Shown in pieces: positions 44,374 to 59,300 of a DNA stretch of 64,000 nt (its first letter is position 1; each line of letters opens with the position of its first letter). The stretch spans positions 34,844,001-34,908,000 of the forward strand of contig CM022665.1 of NCBI GenBank assembly GCA_012295275.1, read 5' to 3'. The translations under genes were made by a program, and so were the position numbers. The DNA comes from Chrysomallon squamiferum (Eukaryota > Animalia > Mollusca). The notes under the pieces are model-generated. The model saw only the letters and a list, made by a program, of their open reading frames with translations. It did no database searches and was not told the origin of the DNA.

Positions 44374-47300
44374 ATGGCGGCAAATATGTACAGAGTTGGA
44401 GGTAAGTAATTTCAGATTATGAGAAGAGCATGTCTGTCCATATGAGTAGCGCGGCATGATACAAATAGAACGCGTTGGCGGTAAAGTAGCAGTTATTACT
44501 GATTTTCTCGTTTCACGATCTGGTATATTGTTTCATTTAATTCTTAATAACATTAAAATATTAATATTTTTCACTTTTATTTATTTTTATTTCACACTTC
44601 CTTTATCGATTGAAAATGGACGATGCCCATACACGCGCAATGTTGTGAATCGGTTGAACTTAATAGATTTTTTTTTTTTAATGTTTGATTTTTAGAAATT
44701 GTGTAGTACATCTGTATTAACAAATTATTGATTTTACGCCTGGCTGGTAACAATAATATAATGTGAAATAGTTTATATCTTAATAGTCTCTTTATTTATG
44801 TTTAATGCATTGGATGTGCCCCTTGAGGGAACTATTTTTTGTCAGTGGCTAATACTTACACCGGTAGATTATCGACAAGCTATACACAAAGACTTTTTTC
44901 GTTCTGTTTTCAGATTACGTCTATTTTGAGACATCATCGACATCTCCGTATCAAATAAGAAGAATCGAAGAACTAAATAAGGTAAATATTAATACTGGTG
45001 TCATTTAATGAAATAATTCTTTTATGGGGCTATGATTTTTATTCTTCTTAAACCCCCTAAGCGGGCCCCCGGCGTCCAACTATTTGCGTATTGTTATTCA
45101 GTGTTAATGCTTATTGAGTGACATGTCAACATCGTTTGCTTCTTTCAGACTCCCAATGGAAATGTGGAAGCAAAAGTCATGTGTTTTTACAGAAGAAGGG
45201 ATATCTCTAGTTCACTCATCATGCTGGCAGACAAACATCAATGTAAGTTTTATTGTATAGTGTTTTGTAATATTTTCTTTATTGTAATTAATCAGTTCCT
45301 AATTATTTAACAATTTTATAATTCATAAATTAAAAACTAAACTCAGATGCAATTTTAATATTGAACATTGTGGGTATAGGAGTTATTTAAAACTATATTG
45401 CTGACTGAGTATGTTGCATAGTAAGTATTGAGGATTTCAGATTCAGTTATTTCTTTTCATTTATATATATATATACAATATTAGATTTATTGATTATCAT
45501 TAAATCTTGGTATTCAGTATTATCTAGTTTGGGTTACATTGTAACTGAGGTTTTTAATTTAAAAATAAGCATTACATGTCATACACAAGTTCCAGTGTTT
45601 AACAAAAATATTTTAATTTGGATGTTGTAATACAGATTTAAATGGTGGCTGTACATTCAGTTAAAGGAATAAATTAAAGGATTTTTTCACATTCCAAATG
45701 GTTTCATGTAATGATATGTCTAAGGCTGCATATAAACACTGCAACATTTGACAGTAATTACTAATTATACAGTTTGTGTGAAATGCCATAAATTCTGTTA
45801 ATTCAGGAAATAAATACATGATTTGTGAACAGTACATTTTAAATGAAATGATAATCAGTACATTTCAGTTTGTGAACATTATCCATAATAAATATATAAA
45901 AAAAGAAAAATTCTTTGATATAAAAATTAATTTAGTATCCTAAGCCATAGTTATGAAATGGGTCAGTTGATGTGCAGTTAAAATAAATAAGAAAAAGCCA
46001 GCATCCAAATTTATTGTAGCACTTGTTTTCTTTTCATAACAGCTGGCTATCAAATCAACAAATATTGTTTAAGTATGTGTTAACAAGCTATTCTAAACTA
46101 ACAAGTTTTATTTTACAATGGCAAATCCAGGAATTCAACACTTGTGTCTTTGTGTACTTTGCATCCTTTAAAGAAATGCCATGATTACTGATAGCTAAGA
46201 CATTTCATTTGGCAAAGACTAGAAAGAAGAAGAAGAAGAGAAAAAACAAATGTTGGGAAATAGTGTATCAATCATTCTAATTGAAGCAACTATCTATTAA
46301 GGCTAGTGCTGTAGTAGTACTAAGCTGGTGCTTACTCATACAAGTTATCTGATTTTCAAATTACAAATAGTTTATTTAAAGGAACGGCAAAATGGATAAT
46401 AGATGAATAGCACCTAACCTAGATCATAACGCTTTTCATCTTTTGACATTTATAATTGTTCCATTAAAAAGAAAAGTTACAATATTTTGTATCTAGTAAT
46501 AAATAAAACCAGTTATGTCACTGTACATGCATTAGTACTGTTGCTGATTTTGATTACCAACAGAAAGATGTCAGTGCTATAGTAAGATCTTAAGCACATT
46601 GATAAACATGTTGTTAGCATTTAATAGATGTTTCTTGCATAAATAATTATAGTTACTGAAATATCTATATATGATTTTTGTCCAAAATTAATTTAAAATG
46701 TTAGTAAATTAATTAATTAGTAAAAAAATTGCTGTATGATTATTTTTACTATTTCTAACCCTGATTTTTGGGCTTAATAAAAAAAAAGGGAGAAAAATTG
46801 ACATTTATATTGGAAAAAAATTAACAAGCAGATGAATAATAATTTAATTTCACTGCCTAGATATTAAAAAAAATTCAGGATTTGTTTTTGTTCATTTTTA
46901 TTTATAAATTTTTGCCAGTACATAGAAGTCATTAGATACTTTTGCAATAGATATAAAGTAGAACATTTTTACATTTGAATGAATGCAGTCAGAAGGTAAG
47001 TTTTGATTTAATGAAAAAAACTTTGACTTGACAGATGATGATGTATTTAAGGAAATGTATTTTGAATTGAAGTAAATTTTAAATAGTTTTGAATCTCACA
47101 GAATGTGTTCTTTTCAACTAACCTTTGATTATTTTTGTTTGTAGCCGAGGCACTTCTTGGCCACAAATTGTTGCACGAAGATGATGCAGATGAAGGTAAA
47201 TAACGTATTTATTGTTACATGTTTACATAATTGATGAAAACAAAATTAATACTATTTATATTCACTGATGTTAAGTGCACTTCATATATAATATTAACAA

Positions 47301-50300
47301 CTTTGTGTTATTAATTATGAAAACTGGAAAAAATTTGACAGTTTATAAATGGTATATGCAGTAATTGTTCCAGATATATCTAGTTATCGTATAGTTCATA
47401 ATTTTTTTTTCTAAAACAGGTATATTAATATGGTTACTAGGGGCTTTTTTATATTTTAAACTGTAATTTAGCATAAAAGTGTATATAGGCAGCATACAGT
47501 GTTTTAATGGTCAGAGTCTTTCAAAAGGACTCAATGTTTTCCTGAAATACTGTTCATATTATTTAATTCTAAAATGTTTGTGAATTGATGCACCATATGT
47601 ACATGTATTGGCTTGAATATTTAAGAATTTATTTCAGGTCATCAACAAGTGATAGGTTATAGATTTTAAAAACATTTGGACATCATTAAAATAAAATCAA
47701 GCTTGTTTAATAAATTTAGTGGCATAATGAAAGCAACACAAAAAAACAAAAAATACTTTTACAATGGTATAAAAATGGGAATGGTTTGCACCTCTGTACA
47801 ATTTGCTTATATTGCTTATTTCAGTAAAACTGGATTTGAATTGTAAATTTATTTGTGTGTTCACTTTTCACACCTCGGGGAAAGGAATAATAACAGCCGG
47901 ATTAAATAAATTGCCACAAAAACTAAGATTTATTAACATTCTATCAAAGTATTTTTTCTTAAAATTTGAAGTATTTTTTCTTAAAATTATTTATAGTGCT
48001 GCATACAGATGTCTGGTCACCCATGCAAATTTTTTATGATAATTAAACTATTTGCAAAATGGTGGAGTCATCTTGTATACACATAAATGTACACAAGTCT
48101 GATAATGTCCAAAGTACATGTAAAACGGATAAGACCTGATGTATATAAATATTAATAAACCAGATTAAATCTGACTTGCATGCAAAACAGACTTCATCTG
48201 ATGGATACTAATTATGCATTGTTTTGGTTCTGCTACATTAGTAATACTGTGGCCTAGATGGTAGGATCAGGTACTAAATAAGCTAGATATTTTCATGTTC
48301 AACATTTGCGTTTGCTGTACAGTGTATGATAATGCCTATCTTCTGATTTCAAACCCCATTTGAAAATCAAGTTTATTAAGCAAGTCATCCAAGCTACCTT
48401 ATTAGGTGTGAATGTGTTGCTAAATAGATTCCATTGAACACATGTGGATTTGTAATCTTCCCATTGACTAACAAAGGTAGTTTATCCAACCATCCATATT
48501 GGCAGCCACCAATAATATTATCCTAACCTTTGTTTTTTACCAGCATGCACCTTTTTCCTAATGAACACTCAAAGTATCTGGCCAAACGTCCATTTTTGTC
48601 AGCTTTGTAAATGTTTTCCTGTTTGAAATATTTATTACTTTTTGAGTTTTCCATCATTCCATTAAGCAATGATAACTAGGTGTAATGATCTGGCCTCACC
48701 CGATATCTGTACTCTTTCTATGCAGAGTTTTTTTTTTCACAAATGGTAGATCCATTCTGCAGAATCATGTCTCCTCATGGATACACTCCTTGGCAAAATA
48801 TTCACCCATCTGCTGAAGCTTCTCATAATTGGTCCTTGGATCAAGAAGAACAGACTTCTGACAAAACCAATGTCACCAGTGTTAGTGTGTGTTTGCTGAC
48901 TTTAAAAGTGGTAGCAGTAGTTTCATGTGGGAATGTTATTCAGCAAATTTGATATAAAATAATAAATGTATCATTATTAGTATATTTACCTGCACATAAT
49001 ATTTTTCATAGCAGAGTTCTGAATGCCCACTGATCAAATAAGTATGACTACTAAATCACCTGCCAAGCAGAGAAATCTCTTTTGAATCTCGGTGATCATG
49101 TAATAAAGACCCAGACATATCCAGTATATACAGTACTATTTTAATGGAAATTCAGTTGAGCTGGACAGGATTTTCACTTCTTTATTTATGCATTTATCCT
49201 TTTTTATATTTTCATAAAGATATTTTAAATATTAAAAAATATTTGTTTTTTAAACAAAACATTCAAACCTATCGCATGCATCCATTTGCTGTTTTGTATA
49301 TTCTTCAATCATTTTTTGCAACTTTCTCCAAGATAACATATTAACCATTGGTGTGTATAGTTGACTTTACTTTTATTGAAAGACAAATTTTGTAACATTA
49401 CTTTAACAGTTCTAAATGTTATTAAAAAAAAAAAAAAAAAATGCTAAGTGTTTTTATTTAATTAAGTTAATTATCATCTTTATGAATTTTAATATTTTTG
49501 CTAGGTGAGTTGTCTTTTGTTTGTTTGAGCCTTGTGACTAGTTTATCAAAGACCGGTGTATTTATAAATAACTTCTTGTGTTTTCTTAACAGCATCGTAC
49601 GCAGAGCTAGCAAAGGGCTTCTTAGATAACTGTACAAGAAAACATGACAGAAACATACATAAAGTTGTTATCAAAAATTTCATTTCTGTTCAGGGTTTGC
49701 ATCAAAGTATTCAGAAATAGACCATTATTGATTTCCTTTGTGTCAAAATGTAATGCCTAAATTTTTTCATCTCTTTTGTTTGGATGCATTTTATATATAA
49801 CTGGTCAAGTAATTTTTATTGTTGTACAAACCTTAGTTCTGATCTAAAACTGAACAGCAGTATCAGAATACATCATTATTGATCTTACTGAAGAAATTTA
49901 CTCTGTTTTTTAATAATATTAACAAGCACAATGAGATTTATCTGTCATATACAGTCTTATTTTCATTAATGTCATTAAATAATAATTCTGTAAGATACAG
50001 AACTATAATAAACTAGCCAAGGGAATTGAGATTGTTTAACATAAGCCTTTGTTGTGATGAAAATAGAAGTTACTAGGTTTTTCCATGGCATGTAGATACT
50101 GTCACAAATAATTTATAACCACAAAAATCAAGGAGACACTGTTTAATAGCTGTAATACTAGTCTTCAGAAACAGTAAAACATCTAGCAAGTAGTTGAAAA
50201 ATCACTTATATCATTTAAAATGTTTGTTCTTGAAGTGTGACACCTGTAGAAAATTACTTAGAAACATTAATTTTAATAAGAAAGAAAATGTATATTGGTT

Positions 50301-53300
50301 TTGAATTCAAACAACAATAATAATAATAGATAGATAGACAGATAAAATAAATAACCTTTACAATTATAAGACAGGAAGTTTTAGCTAAGAATATATTACA
50401 GGATCAGTTCTTCATTGCCAACACTATTTCATTATCCAGCTAGTGCACAGCAATTAGCACATCTAATGCCATAACACAATACCAATTTAAAAAAATTCAT
50501 ATATTTATATAATTATTATGGAAAGGCTTGTATAAAGATCTCATGGTGTTAACTGTTAAAGAGTTGCTATGGAGGTGGTAAAATTTTTATTTTTAATATT
50601 ACTGTATATTACATTTTTTAGATGTCATCATTAACTGTAGGAATTCTTAGGCATGATAAGTCTGTTAATAATTTTAAAATGTTAATATGCAAACTGCATG
50701 AAGATATTTTTGGCAGGGAAAAATCATAATGAATTCAATTTCACTCCTGTCTGAAAATGAATGATAAAAATGGTTAACAAACTGAAGACACAATCAATTT
50801 TGTTAAATGTACATTGCTAAAGACTAACAAGTTCCGTTTATTTTTTTTAATTTTTTTTTAACTATTTATTTTTTCATTTTATTCTTTTGTCATCTCCATA
50901 TGAACCTGCTCTTCCTTTTTCTGTATATTGATTGCATAATACAAATATAATACCCTCTAAGGAACTCTTTTTCCAGAATCATCGCTGTTAGACGAATTTT
51001 GCTCTGATTTTGCTTTGGGTTTGTATAGCTTATATCTTCAGTAATTAATACTCAAACATACTCACTGTGTCACTGACTCTATACTCTTTTGACACAGTTA
51101 CTCAAAACTGTATCATAAAAATACAGCTACATACTTCAAGCAGAGGTTTCTTCAAGAAAAATTTAAATTTTAAAAAAGGAAAAAATCAGAAGAATTGTGG
51201 TGGAATTCAAACTTGATAGTTTTACTTTGTGTTTTAGCTCATTCTGTATAAGTGGCTATTTTAGTTGATTAATTTAAATATTTCACATGTATTTGCTTTA
51301 AACCAAAGTTCACTTAAAACTTACCAACATAGCTGTTTGTGTGTGTGTGTATATATATATATATGTAAAAGTTCATTATCATTCGAATGATACATTTTCT
51401 TTTGGTTTGTATATGACCTTAAAAATAAATCAAATCATGATAATGGAGTAACATCTTTTAAACTGTTGGTATAAATAAATGTTTTTTAATTAGAAGACAT
51501 TTCTTTTCTTTTTTTCTAGTTCTTATTATAAGTACAGAAATAAAACAATACGTACTTAGTAATTTAAAAAACAACAAACAACTAAACTACAAATCCCTTT
51601 AATGTTTTATAGTGCTATTCAGTAAAACATTTAGATAATGTTTCTCTAGAGTACTATGTAAAGAAATAAGTTGTTCAACTGAGAATTGTGTGTCCATATA
51701 TTCATTGACTACTGTGTCTTTTCCATCCTGATCCATTTGTATTAAATGGCTGTTTTCAGGTCAAATCAGAAAGATCTGTTGGTAAAAGCTGTAAAGGTGG
51801 TCTATAAATAGGTGCTGAGCTGCTTCTTGATACTTGCAGCAATTCATTCTTTGAACAATATAAATAAGTGTTTCATAGTTGTTAAATTATGTCATATGTA
51901 CTTGAATTTTATATAATTAGGATCAGTGTATATTGACAGACTAAATGATTTGGGGAAAAACTTGTGTTTATCAAATGTTATATTAGCTGTGCATAATTAA
52001 TCAGTATGAAAAAAACCCCAACCTAATTGGGCCTCTACAAACTGGTTTCAGCCAGTCTTTTCTAGATTGACAAGCTGCACTATGTTTTAGTTGCTGTTTG
52101 ACCCATGACATTAGAATACATGTTTGTATTATTGTGGAAACACCTTTGTTTAGATATAAAGAATATTTGTTGTGGTTAAATTTTGTTTGGGCTAAACTTT
52201 GTATTTTCTTCATTATTTTGTTAGAAGTAACAGAACCCCAAAAAGGCCTACTCATCTAGAACAAAGAAATTTAAAACCTTCATTATGAAATAAAATTAAA
52301 ATAATAATTGTAATAATATGTACTTTGTTTCTACTCAGTTTAATTAAATAAAAGAACAGGCATAGGTGCAAGGCATGTCTTCAGAGAGCATCAGTAACAA
52401 TTACTGTGATTCAGTAGTTAAAATAGTTTTATTTTAAATATATTGTGTTCAAACATTTTTATTACTTGAACACTTTTGAATCAATACAGTAATAGCTAAG
52501 AAAAAAAACAGATCATATGTTGTAGTATGTAATTATAACATTAATGTTAGGAACTGCTCAAAATTCTTTTAATACTTTTTAATATAATAATATGAGGGAA
52601 TATGTCTGCTACATGTATTTTAATTAATTGACTGGTAGTAAGGGATCTTTTATATGAACACAACATAACCTTTGTGTAACTACTAATAAAAAAAAAATGT
52701 TTTTAAGAAAGTAAATAACTAATATATAAATTTATTTATAACAAATTAGAAATGCATTTCTTAGATGTCAGTTTTTAATAAGTTAAGGAATACAGATTGA
52801 TAATGACAAACATTTGAAATGAAAATATAAACCATATTTTTCTGATATGTAGTAGCACATGAAATCTGTAAAAGTGGCAGTAAACAAAATTCAGGTATGT
52901 TTTGAAGGATCTGCTTTTGATAACGAGAACATTATCATTTTTACTTAATCTTACATCTTTTACATGAGTGTTTTTCAGCCATTGCTTAAATTTTTGATTA
53001 CAAAATTTGTGATAAATTCACATATATTTCAATAATACTTTATCTGAATTAAAAATATTCATTTGTTTTATTATTAAACCTGATTTTACAAAAATTAAGT
53101 TCATCGGAAATATTCTTTTAAATCTTTTAGTTCTGATGGTAATATAATTTTTGCAAAGTGAATGCTTACACGGAGTTGAAAATGTATTTGAGTAATACAG
53201 AAAAATCATTTTCTAGAAACGATATGTAAAATAAATCAGAAGTTCTTATAAAGCAATTCTGGATATGATGCAAATTTTCAGTTGATATTTAGGATGTAGC

Positions 53301-56300
53301 ATTTCAGCGTGTAGACATGATTTTAGACCAAGAGATTAATATAAATCAATTCAGTGATGAATACCAAAACAGTACTTAGCAAAAGTGTTACAATTATTTT
53401 TGTCATGTGATGTGCATAAAAATGTTTAAAAATTAAATATCCTATTACTGTAACTTTACAGAGCACAAGTAAAGAGAATATTTTCCCATTGTGAAAAAGT
53501 TTGCCTTTAAAACTGACCGTAAGTGTCAGATCTTGTTGTAAAAGCGGTTTCTTTAACTTTCTATGAAATTTATATGGTCTGTAGCCTTTCCTCATATGTT
53601 TAGGTAGCTATAATTATCATTTAAACATTTTTGTCATTTGAGACACACTTGTACAAAGCTGTCTGATCAGTTACCATGACAACAAACAAAAAATCAATAA
53701 ATGATTCAATACAATTTTGAATCAATTGGTATGTCTTTCTTAATTAATAGTATTGTTTTTAGCTTTATTTATATAATGATATGCTTCCTGGGCAGAATAA
53801 ATTCTGGTATGAAAAACAAAACAAAACTTACAATTTTTATACTGTTAATTTCAAATGGACAGTTTAGACATAACAAAACCAGTTTGATTAATACCAGGTC
53901 TAATATAATATAGTAAAAATAAACTTTTTCTTTTTTTCTTTTTTTTTTCTTTTTCTTTTTTTTATGGTTATAGATAGCAAAAACAGTCCAAATGGTATGT
54001 AACAATTGTGTTGAAATCATTTTTTTTTTTTTCAATATTTATTTAAAGATTTAAAGTACTTATTTGTAAATAATTTTTATGTTTTGATTTTAAACTTTAT
54101 TATAAAATAATAATAAAAAGACCAGAATAATGAAATTGTTGAAATTGTGTGTGTATATGTTTAACATATATATTCATTAATTACAGTTCTTAATAACTTA
54201 AAATATTTTTTTGCCTGCATTTTCATGGCTGACTACTTATTTTCTTTTTTATGAAGAAGTTAACAAAGGTAGAAGCCAGCTGCCATGTGACAAAAGATTT
54301 GTTAAAATACTTGACCTAGCTACTACTCCTGCTCCTCCAGATGTTATGTGAAAACATTCAGTATCAGTGACAATTGCTGAATATTCAGTCCTTTGTCATT
54401 GCATACAACACACATTTTCACTACTAAAGAATTACTTAAACTAAAAATAAACTCCAGTTACAAATGATAATTAATAGACAGAAAAATATCAAATGAGTAA
54501 CAGGAATCATATATAAAACTGAATATAAATTTTTTTTATTAAAAATTCCAGAACATTTTATTTAATTTTTGTTCGTTTTTATTTAATTTTTCAAACAAAG
54601 GCATGAACTTAAATTACTTTTGCTATACTTGAACACTAAAGGATGCATTTGTTTAAAACTAAATTAAAATTATTCTGTAATTCGAAAAAGATGGTGAACT
54701 AATTATGTGTGTGTGTGTTTCTGCCATCTTTTCTTTATACCAGATATCAGTAACTATAATAGATCACATAACACTGTTTATGTTTGATCTGTTTGAGATG
54801 TTTTGATACAAATTTCAAATACTGTTATTATTTATGCCTAACATAAAACCAGGACATGTAATGTAATATGTGATATTTTGATCACTAGGAGTATGGTTGA
54901 TTTTATCCAATTTTAGAAAAAATGAAACTTGAATCTTTAAACGGTAATTTTATTTACAAAAATATTTGTTGAACAGGAAGAAGATATTTTTTCCGTAATA
55001 AAATTTTGAAGAAAAGTGGTAAAAAATTAATATTTATTTTTAATTTCACTTTATATATACATATATGATTAGAAAAAATATAATTCTTTTTTTTACTAAC
55101 ATTTTTGAAGTATTATAATATTTTAACAATTATTTCTTATTTATTTTAGTTTATTTTTTTATTTTTATATATTTTGTTTTTTGTTTTTTTGCCAGTAAAT
55201 GTTTTTCCAATAAATGTTGTGCACAGTCCAGTTAACTTAGAAAATAAAAAGGGTTTTAAAAATTAATTTCAAAAATTAATTTTAAAATTTCTTTTGGTCA
55301 GTCCTCTTAATCATACTAGAATATAAGCTAACAGAAGTTTAAACTTGTACTTGTCTGCGCTACTACTTATTATACCAACAAATAAGTGAAGTAACTTACT
55401 CTTTCAGTTCATTTTATTTTTCAACTTCAGTTTTATATATTCAAAATTAATAATTAAATGTTAATTTACGAATAGAAGAAATTTCATTATTTTTTGGAAT
55501 TAATTGCAAAATTATAAAATTACATTTAGAACCATTGTTTGACTTGTTTAATTTATTAGGCTTTTAAATTTTTTTCCTTCCCCCTCCCTTCTCATATGGA
55601 ATAACATTTACTGTTTACATTTGATGTAATATGAAACACTGAAATAATTTTAAATGGAATTTGGGGGAGGGGAGACAAAAAACAATAATACATTTTAAAA
55701 ACCCACAAAAGTTATTCTTCAAAAACTAAAACATCTCTAAATATTGTATATATGAATATTTTTTTGGTATGTTATTTTCAGTATTCATTATTATCATCCC
55801 CAGTTAACAACATTTGTTGAAATTTTCAGTTGTTTTATTGAGTTGTGTTTTTATGGGGTTTTTTAAAAATAAATTATTAGAACTACCTTGTATTTATATA
55901 TTTGTTGAATATTATCAGTTATTTATGGAACATAAATTACTTTAATTTTGACATTTTAATTTTCAGATCTTCAGAATTTGAAATTAACTAATTAAAATTG
56001 AATGCAGTAAAACCAACTTATAGTAGTTGATAGAGCATTAAGTTGTAACTTAACTAGTAAAAGTTTGGACATTGATAAACAATACTGTTAAAATATCTTA
56101 TGTAAATTTGCACAAATTTAAGTAATGTTATTTACAGTTGGAATGGAAGAGGAAGAGATGTCTCAAGAGACAAAAGCTCCTGAAAAGGAAGAAGGTGAAG
56201 AAAAAGATGATAAAACAGAGAAACCTTCAACAGAAAATATTCCAGACAAACAAAAACACCAGCTAAAGCATAGGGAACTGTTTTTATCACGACAAGTGGA

Positions 56301-59300
56301 AACATTGCCTGCAACACACATACGAGGCAAATGTGTGGTCACCTTACTCAATGAAACAGAATTACTTGTTTCTTATCTGAACAAGGATGTGAGTTGCCAT
56401 TTAATTTTTGAATTTGCAAGCTTGAATTTTTATTTTTAATAAATAGTAATAAAAATTAATTGAGCATAAATTAAAAAGTGAAGTATTTTATTTGACATTT
56501 AATAACATTAGATTTTCAGTAAATTTTTATTTATTTTAAAAAATGTCTTCTACATTTTCAGGACACATTTTTTTACTCACTAGTCTATGACCCTCAGCAA
56601 AAAACACTGCTTGCAGATAAAGGTGAAATCCGAGTTGGCTCAAAATATCAGGCTGAAGTAATTCCGTTATTAAAAGAAGGTAAATATATTTAATATCGAT
56701 CAATGTTTGTAATGATTTAAGTGTATATGTTGTGAAGAGGATTAAAGTTATACCAAGATAGGGGTTTGTAATCTTTACTTCAGTGGTTCAAGAAAAATGT
56801 TAATATTAAATCTCATTGCATGTGTATTTTACCACTAACTTTCAAAGTTAATATATTTTTGGTTTGTTTGCTAAGAAAAAAATGTAAAGATGTTGTATTT
56901 TGATGAACAGAACTTCTACTGCCTATCTGCCAGGTGTCTGTAATGTTACAGTGGATTAACACTGTTTTTGTTGCATGTTTTAACATGTCATCTGATGTAA
57001 CATGTCTTGGCACGTCATTAACACAACAGCAAATTGTCTTCATATTAAATATCTTCATAACAATAATGCCATTCAGACTCAAAATATTTTAATAATCATT
57101 ACAGGTTTATCTTTTTAATAGTTCATACATTGTTTATTAAAAAAAAAAAAAAAATTTTTTTTTTTTTTTTTTTCTTTGACAGAATTGTCATATAGTAGTA
57201 CCTTGTCTTGCAAATTTAATTTGTTCCATGGCCAAGCTCTTATCTCAATGTGCTTGTATATCAAATCAATTTCCCCAACTGAGATTAATTGAAATACCAT
57301 TAATCACTTCCAGACCCCCAAAAACCTCCCTCTTTTTTTTTTTCTTTTTTTTTTTGTAACGTGTTTTTAAATAAGAAAAATGTATTTATAAATGACAAAT
57401 ATTGTATAAAAAAACAATAAAAGAGAATGTAAAGAAATAAATTTGTTTTGTAAAGTGTATTTATCTTGGAGATCAGACAAATTATTTTAACGCCTTTGGT
57501 TGGAGTTATAGCCTTTATCGACTCCTTCAGCTTCAGTATGATACATATTGTAGAAGTACTATGCTCGTACTGCCTTGCCAAGTCAACTACATGAACACCT
57601 CGCTCATGTTTTTCTATGAATTCAAGCTTTAATTCAATGGACATCATCCGCTTCTTCTTCTGGGCACTGTCCTTTGCACTCTCTCTCTTGTGGTCCATGG
57701 TCAGAAAAAAAAATCGACCGGGCGACTGCTCATAACTCGAAAAACTTATAAGTCGAGGTGCCACTGTATTCTTTAATGTATTTATTTTAAAATGCTGTTG
57801 TTATCATTGTATGAAATAAAATGTTTCAGGGGAAGAAGATGAAAGGGAATCAAAAGATTTAGAAGAATTAGTTTGGGAACCAGACAAATTAACAGATAAA
57901 GAAATAGATCAATTTCAAATTATCTCAAGGTAAGAAATTGTATGAAATAAATTGAATGCCTTGGGTATATTTTGGGGGGGGGATAACATTACATAGAATA
58001 TCTGTATAAATGGAAACCATGTCATGACAAAACAACCAGCTTGTATATAATTAATTAAAAATATATGAATTTATTGCATGATGATTAATAGGGTGTAATT
58101 ATCATTACTGCCTAATGTGCTTTTGGAATTAATAGTTCAGCTAAACTTACTTTGGATTTTATTTCAAGATGGGCTGGGCTGAATATCTGTAACTAAACTG
58201 AATATTAGTTGTAAGGAAGCATTAAATACATTTTTAAAAAATATATAAAATATTGACAAATAACAATCTTGGTTTGACATTTCATACTGAATAGCAGTTT
58301 AAATTAATTGTATGAGAAAGAAATTTTTTATTTTTACATTCAGCTTATTCAGTGGTATATATATTATTATAGGTCAGTGGGTACCTTTGCTCGTGCTTTA
58401 GACTGCACAAGCACAGTGCGGCAGCCCAGTCTACATATGAGTGCAGCAGCAGCTTCTAGAGATATTACACTTGTAAGTGTTTATTTCACTATTACTTGCA
58501 TTTGTATGTTAAGAAAAAAATAAATAAAACAAAACTAGCAAAAGTTGATTTCTATTTTATTAAAAATGGTTGACACTTCATACATAATAAAAGACAAGAT
58601 GTTTACCTTTTAACAGTGCTTTGATTTTCTGGATTTATCTCTTACATACCAAAATATCAGTTTTAACTATTTAAATGCATATATACAGCATAATTAAATT
58701 TTATAAAACTATAATAAAGCCATTTTATTATTTATATAAAGTGAATAAAAAGGTCCAGATTTAAAAAAAAAATTAAAAAATTGTATGTACTTTAGAAACT
58801 CTTATTATCAAAATGGATAAAAACACTTACATTAATCACTTTTGTTTTTTCTTACTGTTATTTGTTTTAACTATTTTTCAGTTCCATGCAATGAATACAT
58901 TACATACACACAAGTACAATATAGCAAATGCTGTGTCCAGTCTAGTCCCTGAAGGTGGTCCAGTCCTGTGTCGTGATGAAATGGAGGAATGGTCTGCATC
59001 AGAGGCAAACCTGTTTGAAGAGGCCCTTGATAAATACGGCAAAGACTTCAATGATATTAGACAAGATTTTGTAAGTAGAATAAATGTAGTGATGTCATTA
59101 GAAAGTCAGAGAAAGCTTTATGTTTTTGTACATTTGTAACACGTTAAGAAAAATAAGATCTAAATAAAATCTAAAATGGTTCATTATACATGTTAAAATT
59201 TCACAGACTACTAGGGCTTCTAATAAAACCCAAGCCTAAGAAAATCTTGTGAAATAGATTTTTCTGAGTTTGATATTATACAATTAAAAAATGAACACAG

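Noticed and set aside
46919-47001. Strong orphan donor AAG|gtaagt at 46996 in MTA intron as a microexon
   Set aside because: All nearby acceptors give stops or frameshifts (3, 7, 45, 77 nt). It could only be a poison exon, and there is no further support.
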